The translations under genes and the position numbers were made by a program. Below are positions 61,801 through 64,000 of a DNA stretch of 64,000 bases, piece after piece. Below the pieces are notes generated by a model. It was not told the DNA's origin and ran no database searches. It saw only the letters and a program-made list of their open reading frames with translations. The stretch's first letter is position 1. Each line of letters starts with the position of its first letter. Source of the DNA: Gordius albopunctatus (Eukaryota); the NCBI GenBank assembly GCA_964276515.1, contig OZ193909.1, positions 21,452,001 to 21,516,000 on the forward strand, given 5' to 3'.

Positions 61801-63503
61801 ATCTCTGAGAAACACTTTTCTCAGGTTTTAAGCGTTTGATACTAACAATTTTCTTCTGCTCAACCAATAGGTTAACAAACCATAATAAATTCTCTCATCT
61901 CATAAACGCGCTCTTTATTAGGGGAATCATTTGAAGAGCCTTGTGATTACGATGAACAATGTCAGTACATTGCATTTAAAAGTAAATGCATAAACTCCAA
62001 ATGCGTGTGCATCAACAGTACCTTTGATCCGAAACGTGAAGACTGCTTTATACGTATGTATATTTATTTTATAAATGTAATTAATAGTCTTAAAATCATA
62101 AAGACAATGATGATTTAATATTAGATGGTATAATATTAGGAGGTACATTAATGTAAATTGCCAACTAACAAGCATTATATTAAGGAAGAGACGGACATGA
62201 CCAAACAATATTTATATGAAATAAATAGCATATTACTGGTTTTCATATATAACTTTTACTTTCAGTTGACTTTACCTTTGGCACAATTTATAACTTCTAA
62301 AAGTTAGGAACCGACAGATCATCTTTATTATTCAAATTGTCGCCACCTTAATTGATTAATGCATTTGAAAATCTATAGTACGATTGCTTGTACTGTAATG
62401 TATTAAAAAATTTTTCCACGATAAGCATAATTTACTTTTTAATTGTCTACCGAAAGATGCAAATACGGTTTTATAAAACGTAGGGCTGCAAGCAGGAGAC
62501 TTTTGCGACACTAAAGTAAGATGTAGTAATTTGGGCTTCGGCTACACTTGCCTCTACGCCAAGTGTAGCTGTGAGGCGGGTATGTACGAAGAAGCTAAGA
62601 AGTGCCAGCTGGGTTAGTACAATCTAATCAAATATTTATGTTTATTTTATAAATTCAGGCCAATTGATCAAAAATGATCTATATTCGATTTTGATACTGT
62701 ATTAAGCTTGATGTGCGAATAATATTTTAGGTCAAATGATCATAATTTTAAAAATGCCAAGATGCGATGACAACCATATCTCTAATACTTTAAAATGTAT
62801 TCAAATATTTGCTGTAATACATGAAACAAAGATAAATTTATTTGATTTCGTTTAGATTAAAAGGTGTATTAGATCAGGTTGCAAATAGTGACTACATAAG
62901 TTTGGACTGACATATATTAATTTCGGACTTGATTCGCAAGCCAATGATTTGCATTCTAGCATTAAATTTTAATGTTACACATTATTAAGTTAGATAATAC
63001 AAATTTGAAACCTTTTTAATAAATCTACACTTTAGACCGTTTTTTAATTTCACGGTTATTTCTTTATGGGAATCAATCTAAATAAAATTAAAGTGACCTC
63101 TATTTCTAGTTGCTAATAATGAGTTGAGATTCAGTAATTATAAATTATGATCAATTTAAGCCATTTCGAGAGTAATAAATAAGTCGCTAATACCTTGATG
63201 GCTATGAAATAGCACACGTTTACAAATAATATGAATATTTTAAATTTATTGTTTTTAAAAAACTAGAACTTTAGTAGTTCTTTTGCCTTAATGCACGTAA
63301 TTCAGTCCCTCATTGTAAAATTGTTGATTAAGTTCATATTATAGAAATTCTATTAATAAAATGAATGTAAGGTAAAAAGATAGGAGAAGCTTGTGGGAGC
63401 ACAAAAGAATGCAAAGCTTTAGCACGTGATACAGATTGTGTGGGATCAAGCTGTAAGTGCTTAAATAAAGAAAAGTCTGCAGGTTCTTACACATGTACAC
63501 CAG
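49895..63503 (+). CDS. Copy 3 of the gene (inverted paralog): 8 EB-like Cys-rich modules, continuing past the window end
   Basis: Open, phase-compatible GT/AG exons: 49895-50035, 50845-50970, 51246-51429 + 54165-54310 (one split module), 55545-55688, 61349-61468, 61922-62053, 62484-62612, 63372-63503. Pattern G/NxxC-x5-C-x(4-8)-C-x(4-7)-CxC-x(9-11)-C. Confidence 0.82.
50282..50566. mobile_element. MITE with 8-bp TSD
   Basis: TIR CATArACTAATAGACT; TSD ATTATAAT (50274-50281, 50567-50574); empty site in copy 1 (~7335); related ends at ~3935-3953 and ~55828-55844. Confidence 0.85.
51595..53795 (-). mobile_element. Degenerate 5' portion of an RTE of the 34563-37652 family
   Basis: Collinear with 35560-37640; 52490-52700 is almost identical to 36645-36860. 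Confidence 0.9.
53211..53548. mobile_element. Solo-LTR-like insert (TG...CA) with an internal CGCAGAAGATAAA tandem repeat
   Basis: Interrupts the RTE at CAACGTT/CC; repeat units at 53392-53460; no clean TSD. Confidence 0.5.
54530..54712 (-). repeat. tRNA-derived SINE-like element or tRNA pseudogene (Gln-like head)
   Basis: Minus strand GCAGGTTCAATCCCGC T-arm/B-box and CTTTGAA anticodon-like loop; stems are degenerate. Confidence 0.45.
56262..56354 (+). repeat. Left copy of long imperfect direct repeat (putative TSD)
   Basis: TAACTTGGTCACATGGA..AAACTTTTTAATAATCTTAGAGGGTCGGCTGAAAA..CGTAAATTTAT, repeated at 59959-60079. Confidence 0.9.
56384..58160 (-). pseudogene. Polymerase (RT + RNase H) of a hepadnavirus/nackednavirus-like (HEART-like) or DIRS-related retroelement; one stop and about two frameshifts
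   Basis: RT: PMYFIPK, RLIADLSQVSK, KIDMKSAFFSIPL, LPMGASFSPYVLQ, YLDD, then *NLTINRNKSSLEP..DYLG. RNase H: AGDAS, INLLEL, LTDS, WVSTEHNPADPPSR. Confidence 0.85.
58096..58818 (-). CDS. ORF1 (gag/core-position protein) of the same element, intact, ~210-240 aa
   Basis: Open frame with candidate ATGs at 58818 or 58725; helical/coiled-coil character and a basic C-tail (PRKKG..SRTERT); its end overlaps the ORF starting at 58160. Confidence 0.7.
   Translation of the reverse strand: MPRKVPSKSVDDIPLSNFFSKSTTQLNSSTNMASPNKDSIVANPGGNATVSDPAIKLILSRLAEMDAKIESRLLSGSGETVNVEDRPHWAPALPSESVTMTRAELEALLATERAKVANVPSSNGEILKLRLKGLKEAIETNYSMPAHQKHEAEFLLSLGDSINDYDKTIDKLSDRVPTIAMASYYGWQAVTGKSKDWAEKMGMGQYTELVQLFRPPPKYNAPRKKGTYQKGPAPSRTERT
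58951..59958 (-). mobile_element. Degenerate CRE fragment (5'-truncated, ends inside RT) fused to the hepadna-like element
   Basis: FLSQAFP..RGAR, IPKEITPIVFGAKLLAIR, RPIAIG, QLGFGVKGGCE, KLDFNNAFN, ILSYGCPSILKFGEFFI match the CRE proteins at 24406 and 33771. Confidence 0.88.
59959..60079 (+). repeat. Right copy of long imperfect direct repeat
   Basis: Matches 56262-56354 with a ~30-nt indel. Confidence 0.9.
60824..61268. mobile_element. hAT-type MITE
   Basis: TIR CAGAGACCAGATTTG vs CAGAGGTCAGATTTG; 8-bp TSD ATTTATAT (60816-60823, 61269-61276); CGGGC subterminal repeats. Confidence 0.9.
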
Positions 63504-64000
63504 GTATGTCAGGTTTGAGTTCAAGAGTAAGAACTTTAACTATTTTTAGATCTTTATGATCTTTTAACTATCTAAAAAACTAATCAAGGAGCTGAGTTCA
63601 TATAGCTTTGCCTAATCCAATTTGCAAACAGCATATAAATAATAGTGATTTTTAAGACAAGTTCTCTTAATAATATCAAAATTTTCCAACTTAAATCCAC
63701 TCGACCTAGACGTATTTATACCTTGCATATTTCACATTATTTAACGCATTATAAGAAACTTTAAAATATTAATTGTTAGTTCCATCTTTTCTCAAAAGGC
63801 TAACTTAGGTTAGAAGTGTGCAGCAGCTAATAGAAATATTAGGCCGTCTTTCTTAAGCGGCTTAAAGTAAAGATTTTTATATTTTTATCACGCTATATAT
63901 TAAGTGTTAATCATTATGAACTAAAAACTTTTATGTCCAAAACCGCTCATAGTTTTATTTCTGATCTAGTTAAATGTATACAATATTTATCGTATAAAGC

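Overview
AT-rich eukaryotic (invertebrate-like) genomic DNA. It carries three partial paralogs of an intron-rich gene encoding C-type-lectin (CTL) domains, an array of 6-Cys EB-like modules and a SEA-like domain: copy 1 (-, 3967-16892), copy 2 (-, 39100-46843, pseudogene) and copy 3 (+, 49895-63503). These sit among densely nested transposons: Ty3/Gypsy remnants, RTE LINEs, CRE-clade RLE retrotransposons, hAT elements and MITEs. Three observations stand out. (1) A 2.6-kb, two-ORF retroelement at 56355-58950 has an RT/RNase H with hepadnavirus/nackednavirus-like (HEART-like) motifs and no integrase or tyrosine recombinase. (2) That element, and separately an RTE, are each fused 3' of a CRE 5' half, and each chimera is flanked by a long (~95-120 bp) direct repeat that looks like a target-site duplication; this suggests CRE machinery integrates foreign retro-RNAs. 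(3) The gene paralogs differ by complementary, frame-preserving deletions, including a mid-exon fusion. Exon, TSD and TIR coordinates were read by eye. Family assignments rest on remembered motifs, not on database searches.
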